Below are positions 25,650 to 37,351 of a stretch of 64,000 nt of DNA, piece after piece (positions within the stretch are counted from its first letter, which is position 1; each line of letters begins with the position of its first letter). This DNA comes from Mobula hypostoma (lineage: Eukaryota). A program made the position numbers and the translations under genes. The stretch spans positions 185,568,001 to 185,632,000 of the forward strand of contig NC_086097.1 of the NCBI RefSeq assembly GCF_963921235.1, read 5' to 3'. The notes beneath the pieces were generated by a model. That model saw only the letters and a list, made by a program, of their open reading frames with translations. It had not been told where the DNA came from and ran no database searches.

Positions 25650-27610
25650 ATGGACATCTTCAATATCTCTTTGCAACAGTCTACTTGAACCAGCAGGCTT
25701 CGAGGCAGCCACCATCGTTCTGATGCCCAAGAGAGCCATAGTAACTGATCTAAATGATTACCACCCATTGGTAAGGACCTCAACAATCAAAGTGCTTTGA
25801 GCAGCTGGTAATGGATCGTATAAAATCCCACCCTCTGGCTACATTGAACCCTTTTCAGTTTGCCTACTGCTCAAACTGGTCCACTGGTGATGCTATAACT
25901 CTGGCCCTCATTCTGTACTGTTCCACTGAGAAAATGATGCCTCATACGCCAGAATGTTGCTCATCGACCAACTCGGCGTTTATCATGATTATCCCCTCAG
26001 ATACTGGTGGGTAAACTGTCCACACTGGGATTCAACACTACTCTGTCCAACTGGATCCTGGACTATTTGATGGAAAGATCTAGTCAGCAGCAACATTTCA
26101 AGCTCCATCATGTTGAGCACGGGTGCCCCTCAAGGCTGTGTGCTCAGGCCACTGCCATTCACACTGCTGACTTATGATTGCACTGCCAAATGCAGCTCAA
26201 ACTACATCAAGTTTGCTGATGATACAACAGTGGTTGGCCTCATCAGCAACAATTATGAATTGACATACAGAGAGGAGGTAGAGAGGCTTGTTGAATGGTG
26301 TGAGAACCACCTGAGTCTTGACATGGATAAGATAAAGGATGATTGTGGACTGCAGGAAGGTGCACAGGTCAGCCACTTTCCATTGCACATTAATGATTCT
26401 GCTCTGAAGAGAGTGAAAAGCACAAAATTCCTTGGTGTGGTCATAACAAATGATCTAACCTGGACTCACAACACCTTCTCATTAGTCAGAAGACCCAGCA
26501 TCATCTACACTTTCTGAGAAGGTTGATGTGTTCAAGCCTTCCCGCCTTTTTTTGGCTATGGGCCAAATCGAGGTGGAAAGGCCCAAGCCCAAGAGCATAT
26601 CGAAACAGGTCCAAGAGCGAGGAATGACCCAGAGTATGACAGATTTAAGTGCCGGGCCAAATTGGAAAGGTTGGGTATGGGCAGAAACCATGTAGCAGGA
26701 CCAGGCCCAAGAGTGTATCGAAGCGGCAGGGCCTAGGTCTGAGAGCAAGGAACCACCCAAAGTTTGAAAGATTTAAGCTCCAGGACAGATTAAAAAGGTC
26801 AGGGTGTTGGGGCTGAATACGACAGATGGGCTGATATTCAGCTCACTGCTCCATGAGGTTTACTTGTCTCTGCACTGAACGGAGGCCGTGACCTACAACT
26901 TAACGGGCTTCTGGATGAGCTGTGGAGTCACTTTCGTAAACTTCAGTTCTGAACATTATATACTTACTTTTTTCATTTGTACAATTTTTTTTCCTGCACA
27001 TTGGGTGTCTGTCTACTTTTTTAAAAAAATGGGTTCTCTTGGGTTTCTTTGTTTTGTGACTGCCTGTAAGGAGACAAATCTCATGGTTGTTTGATAATGC
27101 TTAATAAATATACTTCGAACTACTTTCCACAGGAGCAGCAGTGTGTCTTGTTTGGCTTCAGACTCTACAGAGGATAGTAAAAACCACCGAGAGGATCACT
27201 GAGGTCTCTTTCCCCACTATAACACCATTTAGCAGGAGCATTGTATATGAAGGGCCTGAAACATTGTAGAGGATCCCGATCAGCCATCCCACAATCTCTC
27301 TGACCCTCTACCAACAGGAAGTGGGGTACAGTAGCATAAGGATTAGGACAGCCAGATTAGGTAACAGCTTCTTCTCCCAGGCTGTGAGACTAACGAATAC
27401 CCTGCCATCACAGAGGTCTTATCAAGAGGACAGCAAGCTGTTTACCTGTGCTATGCACTACATGCATTTTGAATTATATTATAATTCATTCATGGTAATA
27501 TTTTGTTTTAAGTTCATTGAGAGATATATCTATTGTGGTTGCATTGTGGTACAGAGAAACTTTGTTTTGTTTGGTTGTATACATGTGCTGTCAGCTGACA
27601 ATGAACTTGA
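25650..27610 (+). mobile_element. Degenerate Rex1/Babar-type LINE with an internal insertion (~26540-27120)
   Basis: LNDYHP, GAPQGCVL, IKFADDTTVVGLI, YREEVERLVEWC, RTARLGNSFF. Boundaries approximate. Confidence 0.75.
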
Positions 27611-28197
27611 ACAACATACTGCATGGAACGTTTCAGTTAATGAAGAGAAACTGGATAGGCTGGATTTGTTTTCTTTTTGGTGAAGGTCAGGAGGTTGGAG
27701 GGGCGGGGAGGTGGAATTGCACACATTATGACAGGCAAAAATAGGATAGTGAGAATTTTTTTGCATTAGCACAGGAACTTAAAGCAACATAACACAGCAG
27801 ACAGAGCTACTGCCTCGCAGCCCCAGCAACCTGTGTTTAATCCTGACCTCTGTTGTATGTGTGCAGAGTTTGCACATTCTTCCCACAACTTCCCATGGGT
27901 TTGGTAATTAACTGACTAACGCAAATTATCCCTATTGTGAATGGTGGCAGAGAAAATTAATATGCAAAATGGGAAAAAGACTGCAGGGAAATAAGTTATG
28001 GAATAGTATTAATCAGAGTCAGCATAAACAGCTGAATGGCCTCCTCCTGCATTGTAAGAAAAATAACATATTGTGTTTGTAGCCAGTAAGAATGTTTAAT
28101 GCAAGGGTCAGGAGAAGAAGGAGATTTGTGAGGAAGGTTTTTTTCTTTCCAGTGAGTGGCTGAAGGACTGCACTGCAATGAAAGGGTAGTGGAGTTA

Positions 28198-30908
28198 CAG
28201 TGCCTATAAAAGCATTCACCCCTCCCCAGAAGTTTTCATATTTGATTGTTTTACAACATTGAATCACAGTGGATTTAATTTGGCTTTTTTGACACTGGTC
28301 AACAGAAAGCTCTTTTGTGTCAAAATGAAAACAACTTTCTACAAATTGGTCTAAATTTAATACAATTATTAAACAAAATAATTGAGTTCATAATTACTCA
28401 CCCCCTTCAAGACTGTATTTAGTAGATGCACCTTTGGCAGCAATTACAGCCTTAAGTCTCTATCACCTTTGCACATCTGGACATTGCAATTTTTTCCCAT
28501 TCTTCCTTACAAAACTGCTCAAGCTCAGTCAGACTACATGGGGATTGTGAGTGAACAGCCCTTTTCAAGTCCAGCCACAAATTCTCAATTGGAATGAGAT
28601 CTGGACTCTGACTTGGCCACTCCAGGACATTAATTTTGTTGTTTTTAAGCCACTTCTGTGCAGCTTTGGCTTTATGCTTGGGGTTATTGTCTTGCTGGAA
28701 AACAAATCTTCTCCCAAATTACAATTCTCTTGAAGACTGCATCAGGTTTTCCTTCAGGATTTCCCTGTATTTTGCTGCATCCATTTTATCTTCTACCTTC
28801 ATAAGCCTTCCAGGACCTGCTGCCGTGAAGCATCCCTACAATATGATGCAGCCACCACCGTACTCACGGCAAGGATGATGTCTTTTTGATGATGTGTGGT
28901 GTCTGGCTTACGCTAAACATAGTGTTTAGTCTGATGGTCAAAAAGCTCAATTGTGGTTTCATCAGACCATAGAACCTTCTTCCAGCTTACTTCAGAGTTT
29001 CCCACATGCCTTATGAAAACTCTAGCCAAGATTTCATGTGACATTTTTTTCCCCAACAGTGGCGTTCTCTTTGTCAATCTCCCATAAAGCTGCGACTGGT
29101 GAAGCACCAGGGCAACATTTGTGTATGCACAGTCTCTCCCATATCAGCCAATGAAGCTTGTAACTCCTCCAGTGTTGGGGGCACATGGTATTGGGGGCAG
29201 AGTACTGACATGGATTGAAAATTGGCTGGCTGACAGAAAACAAAGAGTAGCGATTAATGGGTCCCTTTCAGAATGGCAGGCGGTGACCAGTGGGGTACTG
29301 CAGGGTTCAGTGCTGGGACCGCAGCTGTTTACAATATATATTAATGATTTAGATGAGGGAATTAAAAGTAACATTAGCAAATTTGCGGATGACACAAAGC
29401 TGGGTGGCAGCGTGAAATTTGAGGAGGATATTATGAGAATGCAGGGTGACTTGGACAGGCTGGGTGAGTGGGCAGATGCAGTTTAATGAGGATAAATGTG
29501 AGGTTATCCACTTTGGTGGTAAGAACAGGAAGGCAGATTATTATCTAAATGGAGTCAAGTTAGGAAAAGGGTAAGTACAACGAGATCTAGGTGTTCTTGT
29601 ACATCAGTCACTGAAAGCAAGCATGCAAGTACAGCAGGCAGTGAAGAAAGCTAATGGCATGCTGGCCTTCATAACAAGGGGAATTGAGTATAAGAGCAAA
29701 GAGGTCCTTCTGCAGCTGTACAGGGCCCTGGTGAGACCACACCTGGAGTACTGTGTGCAGTTTTGGTCTCCAAATTTGAGGAAGGACGTTCTTGCTATTG
29801 GGGGAGTGCAGTGTAGTTTCACGAGGTTAATTCCCGGGATGGCGGGGCTGTCATATATTGAAAGATTGGAGCAACTGGGCTTGCATACTCTGGAATTTAG
29901 AAGGCTGAGAGGGGATCTTATTGAAACATATAAGATTATTAAGGGATTGGACACGCTGGAGGCAGGAAGTATGTTCCCACTGATGGGTGAGTCCAGAACC
30001 AGAGGCCACAGTTTAAGAATAAGGGGTAGGCCATTTAGAACGGAGTTGAGGAAAAACTTTTTCACCCAGAGAGTGGTGGATATATGGAATGCTCTGCCCC
30101 AGAAGGCAGTGGAGGCCAAGTCTCTGGATGCTTTCAAGAAAGAGATGGATAGAGCTCTTAAAGATAGCGGAATCAAAGATTATGGGGATAAGGCAAGAAC
30201 TGGATACTGATTGTGGATGATCAGCCATGATCACAGTGAATAGCGGTGCTGGCTCAAAGGGCCAAATACCTACTCCTGCACCTATTGTCATCGGTCTCTT
30301 GGTGGCCTCCCTCACTAGTCCCCTTCATGCATGGTCATTCAGTTTCTGAGGATGGCCTGCTCTAGGCAGATTTACAGCTGTGCCATATTCTTTCCATTTC
30401 CTGATTGACTTATCTGTACTCCAAGGGATATTCAATGACTTGGAAATGTTCTGTATCCATCTCCTGACTTGTGCTTTTTAATAACATTTTCAGAGTTGCT
30501 TGGAGTGTTCCTTTTGTCTTCATTATGTAGTTTTTGCCAGGATACTGACTCACCAGCATTTGCACCTTCCAGATACAGGCCTATTTTTACTACAATCAAT
30601 TGAAACACCGTGACTGCACACAGGTGATCTCCATTTAACTAATTATGTGACATCTAAAACCAATTGACTGTAATAGTGATGATTTGGTGTGTCATATTTA
30701 AGGGGTGAGTACTCATGCAATCAATTATTTTGTGTTTTACATTTGTAATTCATTTTGAGAAGTAGAGATCTGCTTTCACTTTGACACAAAAGTATTTTTC
30801 TGTTGATCAGTGTCAAAAAAGGTAAATTAAATCCAATGTAATTCAACGTTGTAGAACAATAAAACAAACTTTCGGGGGGGGGGTGGTGAATACTTTTTAT
30901 AGGCACCA
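28198..30908 (-). mobile_element. Degenerate Tc1-like DNA transposon with long TIRs, interrupted by CR1
   Basis: TA flanks; TIR cagtgcctataaaagcattcaccc vs reverse complement of ggtgaatactttttataggcacca; transposase remnant WKKVLWSDETTIELF. Confidence 0.85.
29177..30289 (+). mobile_element. 5'-truncated CR1 LINE
   Basis: GVLQGSVLGP, ISKFADDTK, LVRPHLEYCVQFWSP, RRLRGDLIETYKI; tail cctactcctgcacct. Confidence 0.9.
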
Positions 30909-31658
30909 TAGGTACTCTCACAATATTTACAAACTACTAAGCACATGGAACATCATGACTGGGAAACGGGATTAAAATTGAAGTCTGGCATGAACATGAT
31001 AAGATGACGGTCTGTTTCTGTATTGAAAGACTGCCACAAAAATTAAAGGAAGCATGAAATTAAATTCAGTGTCATCTCCTTGCTATCTCAATTTTTAATC
31101 ACATTCTGCATTTTTTTGTAATTTATGTAAACACCAAGTCCTTCACTTTTCCAGTAAATATGCTGCATTTCCTATTTATGCAAGCCTGAGAAATTCCACA
31201 GATCCAAATTCTGGTAAAAACCCATAATTACAGCAAATTATTTTGCTTTAATGCAATGTTAAAATTCTGAGAGGACCTTATTCTATTCATTCAGAAGTTC
31301 TGAATCTTCCCCCCCACTCTAAATTTTTTTAAATTAAAAATGCAAATTAAATAGCTTGCTGCAAGATAACGTTCAGAAACCTTCCAAGGGATATTAAACC
31401 TAGGGTGGTAAAGTATTAAAGTGCATGAAGAAAATGTATTGTGATGTCAATCAAATCTGCCATATCCATTTTAAAACATATTCCTTTTACCAGTCAGATT
31501 GCTACAAAAAGGTTGACCACTCTGAAGGAGTCACAAGCAAAGGACATTATTCCAAAGAATAAACTAGCCTTTGTGTTGACAGTTTACTTCTGTTATTAAC
31601 TAAATGTCAGAATACGATCTAAAAATATTTGGCGTTAAAAAAAGTTAAATTTATTTAC

Positions 31659-31720
31659 CTCAAGTTGTCCGCCCCATGCTGCTGTACTGGCTACTTCATG
31701 ACAGTACTTCTCAAATTCAT
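31659..31720 (-). CDS. OTUD6B: OTUD6B exon 5 (62 bp)
   Basis: (D)EFEKYCHEVASTAAWGGQLE; CAG / GTAAAT. Confidence 0.95.
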
Positions 31721-32304
31721 CTGAAAGTAGAGGTACTTTTTGAAAGCATAATGACAAGAAGAAATTATAAAACAAGAGTTTGACATAAACCACAATTCTC
31801 CTCACATTTATTATTCTTTATTTGAAAACCTATCCTTTCTAGTCAGGGGACACAACATCCTGAGATTGATTAAACCTACGTTCTACAACACTGTGGTGAC
31901 ATAGATGTTGTTCTGTTTAAACAGCAAGATCTTCAAAACTGACCACATCCAAAAAAGAACTTATTGAGGCAGAACAGATTAAGAAGATAGAAAGAAGTAG
32001 CAGCCAGCATATTCTACAGCTCAAACCTCCGCCACAGTCAAATCATGGCTGAATTTCTGTCAGTTCTAATTTCACCCAGTATACCCATTACTGCAAAGTG
32101 CCATTTGTACCCAGAAATCTCACACTTTCTATCTTAATTAGATACGCACAATCACTGGGATTCTGCAGTTTTCTGGGAAAGAATATTCGAAGAGACTCAC
32201 AGCATATTCACCTCTTAAATCATCAATTTCATTTTGAAACACTGTTTCACAAAAACTAATCTAATTTAGGTTATCCAGCAGGGAAAGAAGCACCTCAAGA
32301 TCAT

Positions 32305-32630
32305 CTGGGCGGCAGTGGTGCAGCTAATAGTTTGGTGCCTTCTCAGCTCTTGGAACGAGGCCAGCCCTGACCTTCAGTTACATTTGTGTGGAGTTTGCAC
32401 AATCTCCATATGATCATGCAGATGTCCCCCGGATGCTCCAATTTGCTACCGTATCCCAGACTTGCAGGTTAGTAGTTTAACTGGCCACTGTAAATTCTCC
32501 CTTTCATGCAGATGGATAGTAGAATCTGAGGGTAACTTATAGGACTGCAGGAAGAATAATAAATGGGATTGGTGTAAATTGATCAGTATGAATTTAGCAG
32601 GGTAAAGGGTCTATTTCCATGCTGTAAAAA
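32305..32630 (+). mobile_element. Degenerate tRNA-derived SINE (similar copy at ~27795-28060)
   Basis: ggcggcagtggtgcagct head, tgtgtggagtttgcac core, CR1-like tail. Confidence 0.6.
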
Positions 32631-33608
32631 TCTACAGCTCCAAAGCTTTGTAATTATATGTTTTTAAAACTTATCACATTCCCTTCTACAGAATGCCAGC
32701 AAAAAAATGGCCCATCACACCTGCTGTCTTCTCACCAGGATAAACTGACAAATCAATCTGGAAAGTAAATCTTCACTGAATTCCATCTAAGGCAGCTACA
32801 TCTTTCCTCAAATAATACTACCAAAACCATATGCTATTGCTGTGGCTTCAGCAAAGATCTATTCACTCCTACAAAACATGCCCATGTTGATATTGCAAAG
32901 TCTTTTGGAATAAAAGTTGAAGAACTACTTGCCTTCCTAACTGCACAAACTATCTGTACATGCACTACCAACTTCTATAACTCCATGAGTCCATGTCTGT
33001 AAAGCCAGAAGGGAGCCTCGTGCCTTCTCTTCTGCTGATCATGACCATTTATTTTCCTTCACAATGGAACAATTCTCTTTACCATAATTTCTACCTTCCT
33101 CACCACTGGAGTTAACAACCTCCCATCCAAAACCCAATCTCTTACTTCCTCACAATTGTAAGCATCCATTAGCTACACCTTACAGTCTCTGTTGCTTTTG
33201 CCTGACATTTAGCCCAATGTGATCAATTGCCACATAGGAAAGAGCCAAAAAAGACATTCCATTTTATCTTGTGGTTAGATTTGACCTGCTGTATAATAAC
33301 CCCCTGAACTAAACCTGGATATATCAGAGTTAAGTGAAGAATATGGTTGTAATTTGCTATACAGTCAGCCCTCTTATCCACAGGTTTTGCATGCACAGAT
33401 TCAACCAACCGTGGACTGGGAAAACCCAGAAGTTCTCTCTCTCTAGCACTCGTTTGAGCATGCACAGACTATTTTTTTTGTCATTATTCCCTAAACAATA
33501 CAGTATAATAGCCAAACAACAGGAATTCTGCAGATGCTGGAAATTCAAGCAACACACATCACAGTTGCTGGTGAATGCAGCAGGCCAGGCAGCATCTCTA
33601 GGAAGATG

Positions 33609-33646
33609 TAGTCAACGTTTCAGGCCGAAACCCTTCGTCAGGACTA
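33609..33646 (-). ncRNA. Minimal hammerhead ribozyme motif (GUU variant)
   Basis: Reverse complement: tagtc-CTGACGA-agggtttcggcct-GAAAC-gtt-gacta. Confidence 0.7.
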
Positions 33647-33932
33647 AATGAAGGAAGAGTTAGTAAGAGATTTGAAAGTGGGAGGGGGAGGGGGAGATCC
33701 AAAATGATAGGAGAAGACAGGAGTGGGAGGGATGGAGCCAAGAGCTGGACAGGCGATTGGCAAAGGGGATATGAGAGGATTATGGGACAGGAGGTCCGGG
33801 GAGAAAGACAAGGGGGGGAACCCAGAGGATGGGCAAGGGGTATAGTCAGAGAGACAGAGGGAGAAAAAGGAGAGTGAGAGAAAGAATGTGTGTATAAAAA
33901 TAATGGATGGGGTACGACGGGGAGGTGGGGCA

Positions 33933-36900
33933 TTAGTGGAAGTTAGAGAAGTCAATGTTCATGCCATCAGGTTGGAGGCTACCCAGACGGAATACAAGGT
34001 GTTGTTCCTTCAACCTGAGTGTGGCTTCATCTTTACAGTAGAGGAGGCCTTGGATAGACATATCAGAATGGGAATGCGACGTGGAATTAAAATGTGTGGC
34101 CACTGGGAGATCCTGCTTTCTCTGGTGGACAGAGCGTAGGTGTTCAGCAAAGCAGTCTCCTAGTCTGCGTCGGGTCTCGCCAATATATAGAAGGCCACAT
34201 CGGGAACACCAGACGCAGTATATCACCCCAGCCGACTCACAGGTGAAGTGTCGCCTCACCTGGAAGGACTGTCTGGGGCCCCAAATGGTGGTAAGGGAGG
34301 AAGTGTAAGGGCATGTGTAGCACTTGTTCTGCTTACAAGGATAAGTGCCAGGAGGGAGATCAGTGGGGAGGGATGGGGGGGACGAATGGACAAGGGAGTT
34401 GTGTAGGGAGCGATCCCTGCGGAAAGCAGAGAGGGGGTGAGGGAAAGATGTGCTTAGTGGCGGGATCCCGTTGGAGGTGGCGGAAGTTACGGAGAATAAT
34501 ATGTTGGACCCGGAGGCTGGTGGGGTGGTAGGTGAGGATCAGGGGAACCCTATTCCTAGTGGGGTGGCGGGAGGATGGAGTGAGAGCAGATGTACGTGAA
34601 ATGGGGGAGATGCGTTTAAGAGCAGAGTTGATAGTGGAGGAAGGGAAGCCCCTTTCTTTAAAAAATGAAGACATCTCCCTCGTCCTAGAATGAAAAGCCT
34701 CATCCTGAGAGCAGATGCGGCGGAGACGGAGGAATTGCGAGAAGGGGATGGCGTTTTTGAAAGAGACAGGGTGAGAAGAGGAATAGTCCAGATAGCTGTG
34801 AGTCAGTAGGCTTATAGTAGACATCAGTGGATAAGCTGTCTCCAGAGATAGAGACAGAAAGATCTAGAAAGGGGAGGGAGGTGTCAGAAATTGACCAGGT
34901 AAACTTGAGGGCAGGGTGAAAGTTGGAGGCAAAGTTAATAAAGCCAACGAGCTCAGCATGCGTGCAGGAAGCAGCACCAATGCAGTCGTCGATGTAGCGA
35001 AGGAAAAGTGGGGGACAGATACCAGAATAGGTACAGAACATAGATTGTTCCACAAAGCCAACAAAAAGGCAGGCATAGCTAGGACCCATACGGGTGCCCA
35101 TAGCTACACCTTTAGTTTGGAGGAAGTGGGAGGAGCTAAAGGAGAAATTATTAAGAGTAAGGACTAATTCCGCTAGACGGAGCAGAGTGGTGGTAGAGGG
35201 GAACTGATTAGGTCTGGAATCCAAAAAGAAGCGGAGAGCTTTGAGACCTTCCTGATGGGGGGATGGAAGTATATAGGGACCGGACATCCATGGTGAAAAT
35301 AAAGTGGTGGGGGCCAGGGAACTTAAAATCATCATAAAGTTTAAGAGCGTGAGAAGTGTCACGAACATAGGTAGGAAGGGATTGAACAAGGGGGGATAAA
35401 GCCGTGTCGAGGTATGCAGAAACGAGTTCGGTGGGGCAGGAGCAAGCTGAGACAATAGGTCTGCCAGGACAGGCAGGTTTGTGGATCTTGGGTAAGAGGT
35501 AGAGACGGGAAATGCGAGGTGTGGGAACTATAAAGTTGGTAGCAGTGGATGGGAGATCCTCTGAGCGGATAAAGTCGGTGATGGTGTGGGAGACAATGGC
35601 CTGGTGCTCCTTAGTGGGGTCACGATCGAGGGGTAAATAAGAGGTATCCGCGAGTTGTCGCTGTGCCTCGGCAAGGTAGAGGTCAGTATGCCAGACTACA
35701 ACAGCACCCCCCTTATCGGCGGGTTTAATAATAAGGTTAGGATTAGTGCAGAGGGAGTGGAGAGCAAAGTGTCCCGAAGGAGTGAGGTTGGAATGGGAAC
35801 AAGGTGCAGTGAAGTCAAGACAGTTGATGTCCCGTCGGCAGTTAGCAATAAAGAGATCCAGAGCAGGCAGAAGACCAGAGCGGGGTGTCAATGAAGAAGA
35901 GGAGGGTTGAAGACAGGTGAAGGAAGGGTCATCGGTGGGGTGGAAGAGTCCTTGCCGAAGAAGTAGGCTCGGAGACGGCGGAAGAAGAGTTCCGCATCAT
36001 GGTGAACACGGAACTGGCTGAGGTGTGGGCGAAGGGGGACAAAGGTGAGGCCCTTACTGAGGACAGAGCGTTCTGCCTCCGACAGCTGAAGGTCGGAGGG
36101 GATGGTAAAGACCCGGCACGGATGAGAACTGGGATCAGAGGGGGGAGGCTGGGGGTGTCAGTGGTGAGGGGAGGGTTGGGGTGAGAAGAAGATGGAGCCT
36201 CTGAGTACCCAGGAGCTGACGATGGGATCTGGGGGAGATGGGACTGCAGAGTATTGGTGGGGGAAGGGGAGACGGGAGTCACAATAGCAGCACATAAAGA
36301 CCCAGCCTGGAGTTCAAGGCTGGAATCTTGAGAGCTGGGATCAGAGGGGGGAGGGGGGGAGGCTGGGGGTGTCAGTGGAGAGGGGAGGGTTGGGGTGAGA
36401 GGAAGATGGAGCCTCTGAGTACCCAGGAGCTGATGATGGGATCTGGGGCAGACGGGACTGCAGAGTATTGGTGGGGAAAGGGGAGACGGGAGTCACAGTA
36501 GCAGCACATAAAGATCCGGCCTGGAGTTCAAGGCTGGAGTCGCAGTTGGTGGTTGCGCAAATCGCTTTGAAGGTGTCCATGGTCGTTGCTGGAGTCCGGG
36601 TTTTGAATATGCCCTGAGGTGTTGGAGCCGGCGAGATCAATGGCAGAGGCAATCTGAAGTTCGTGCCTGCTAGGTTCAGGGCCAGCAGGCTCTGGAGTCC
36701 GCAGATGTAGGATCTCGCAATCTTTGCCTAACATGACAAAGTCAAAAAAACGGCGATTGCAGGCGTGGATCCGACGGAGGATGAAATAACGGGTAGGACC
36801 ATTACAGACGGCGAAGGAAGTGTCCCGAAGGTGTGGAAGGGTCTGGGATAGGGACACCAAATACCTCCTCATGGCAGAGGGGGTTGCCTTCACAGCCTGA

Positions 36901-37178
36901 CTGGAGAAGCGGCAAGAGGCAGAGTCAATAAAACGTGAGTACCTGGGATCCTCAGAAGGTCCAAATTGAGAGGCTCGGAAACGAATCCTAAAGCCAACTG
37001 GAGTAAGTTGGCGATGGAGGCACGTTCCAAGAAAGGATATATGGCTGTGATAGCGAATCTGAGTCAAAATGTGGTCGAAAAGTTGAAGAGCCAAAGATAT
37101 TACAGATGGGGAGCAGTGAGAGATGGTTTCACTGAACTCCCCTCGAAGAGAGGATCTAAATTTCTTCGGTGTAGGCAT
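33933..37178 (-). pseudogene. Frameshifted Penelope RT/GIY-YIG ORF including the native N-terminus
   Basis: Pieces in several frames: HISFLGTCL...TPVGF (N-term), KPADKGG, RYIDD, VIY..YIGET; ~200-bp tandem duplication at 36130-36538. Confidence 0.88.
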
Positions 37179-37313
37179 CACTGGAAGAGGCTTCACAGTA
37201 GTGAATTTTAAAACGCAAACAACAGGAATTCTGCAGATGCTGGAAATTCAAGCAACACACATCAAAGTTGCTAGTGAATGCAGCAGGCCAGGCAGCATCT
37301 CTAGGAAGATGTA

Positions 37314-37351
37314 CAGTCGACGTTTCAGGCCGAGACCCTTCGTAAAGACTA
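37314..37351 (-). ncRNA. Hammerhead motif with mutated core (UUUACGA), probably inactive
   Basis: Reverse complement: tagtc-TTTACGA-agggtctcggcct-GAAAC-GTC-gactg. Confidence 0.55.
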
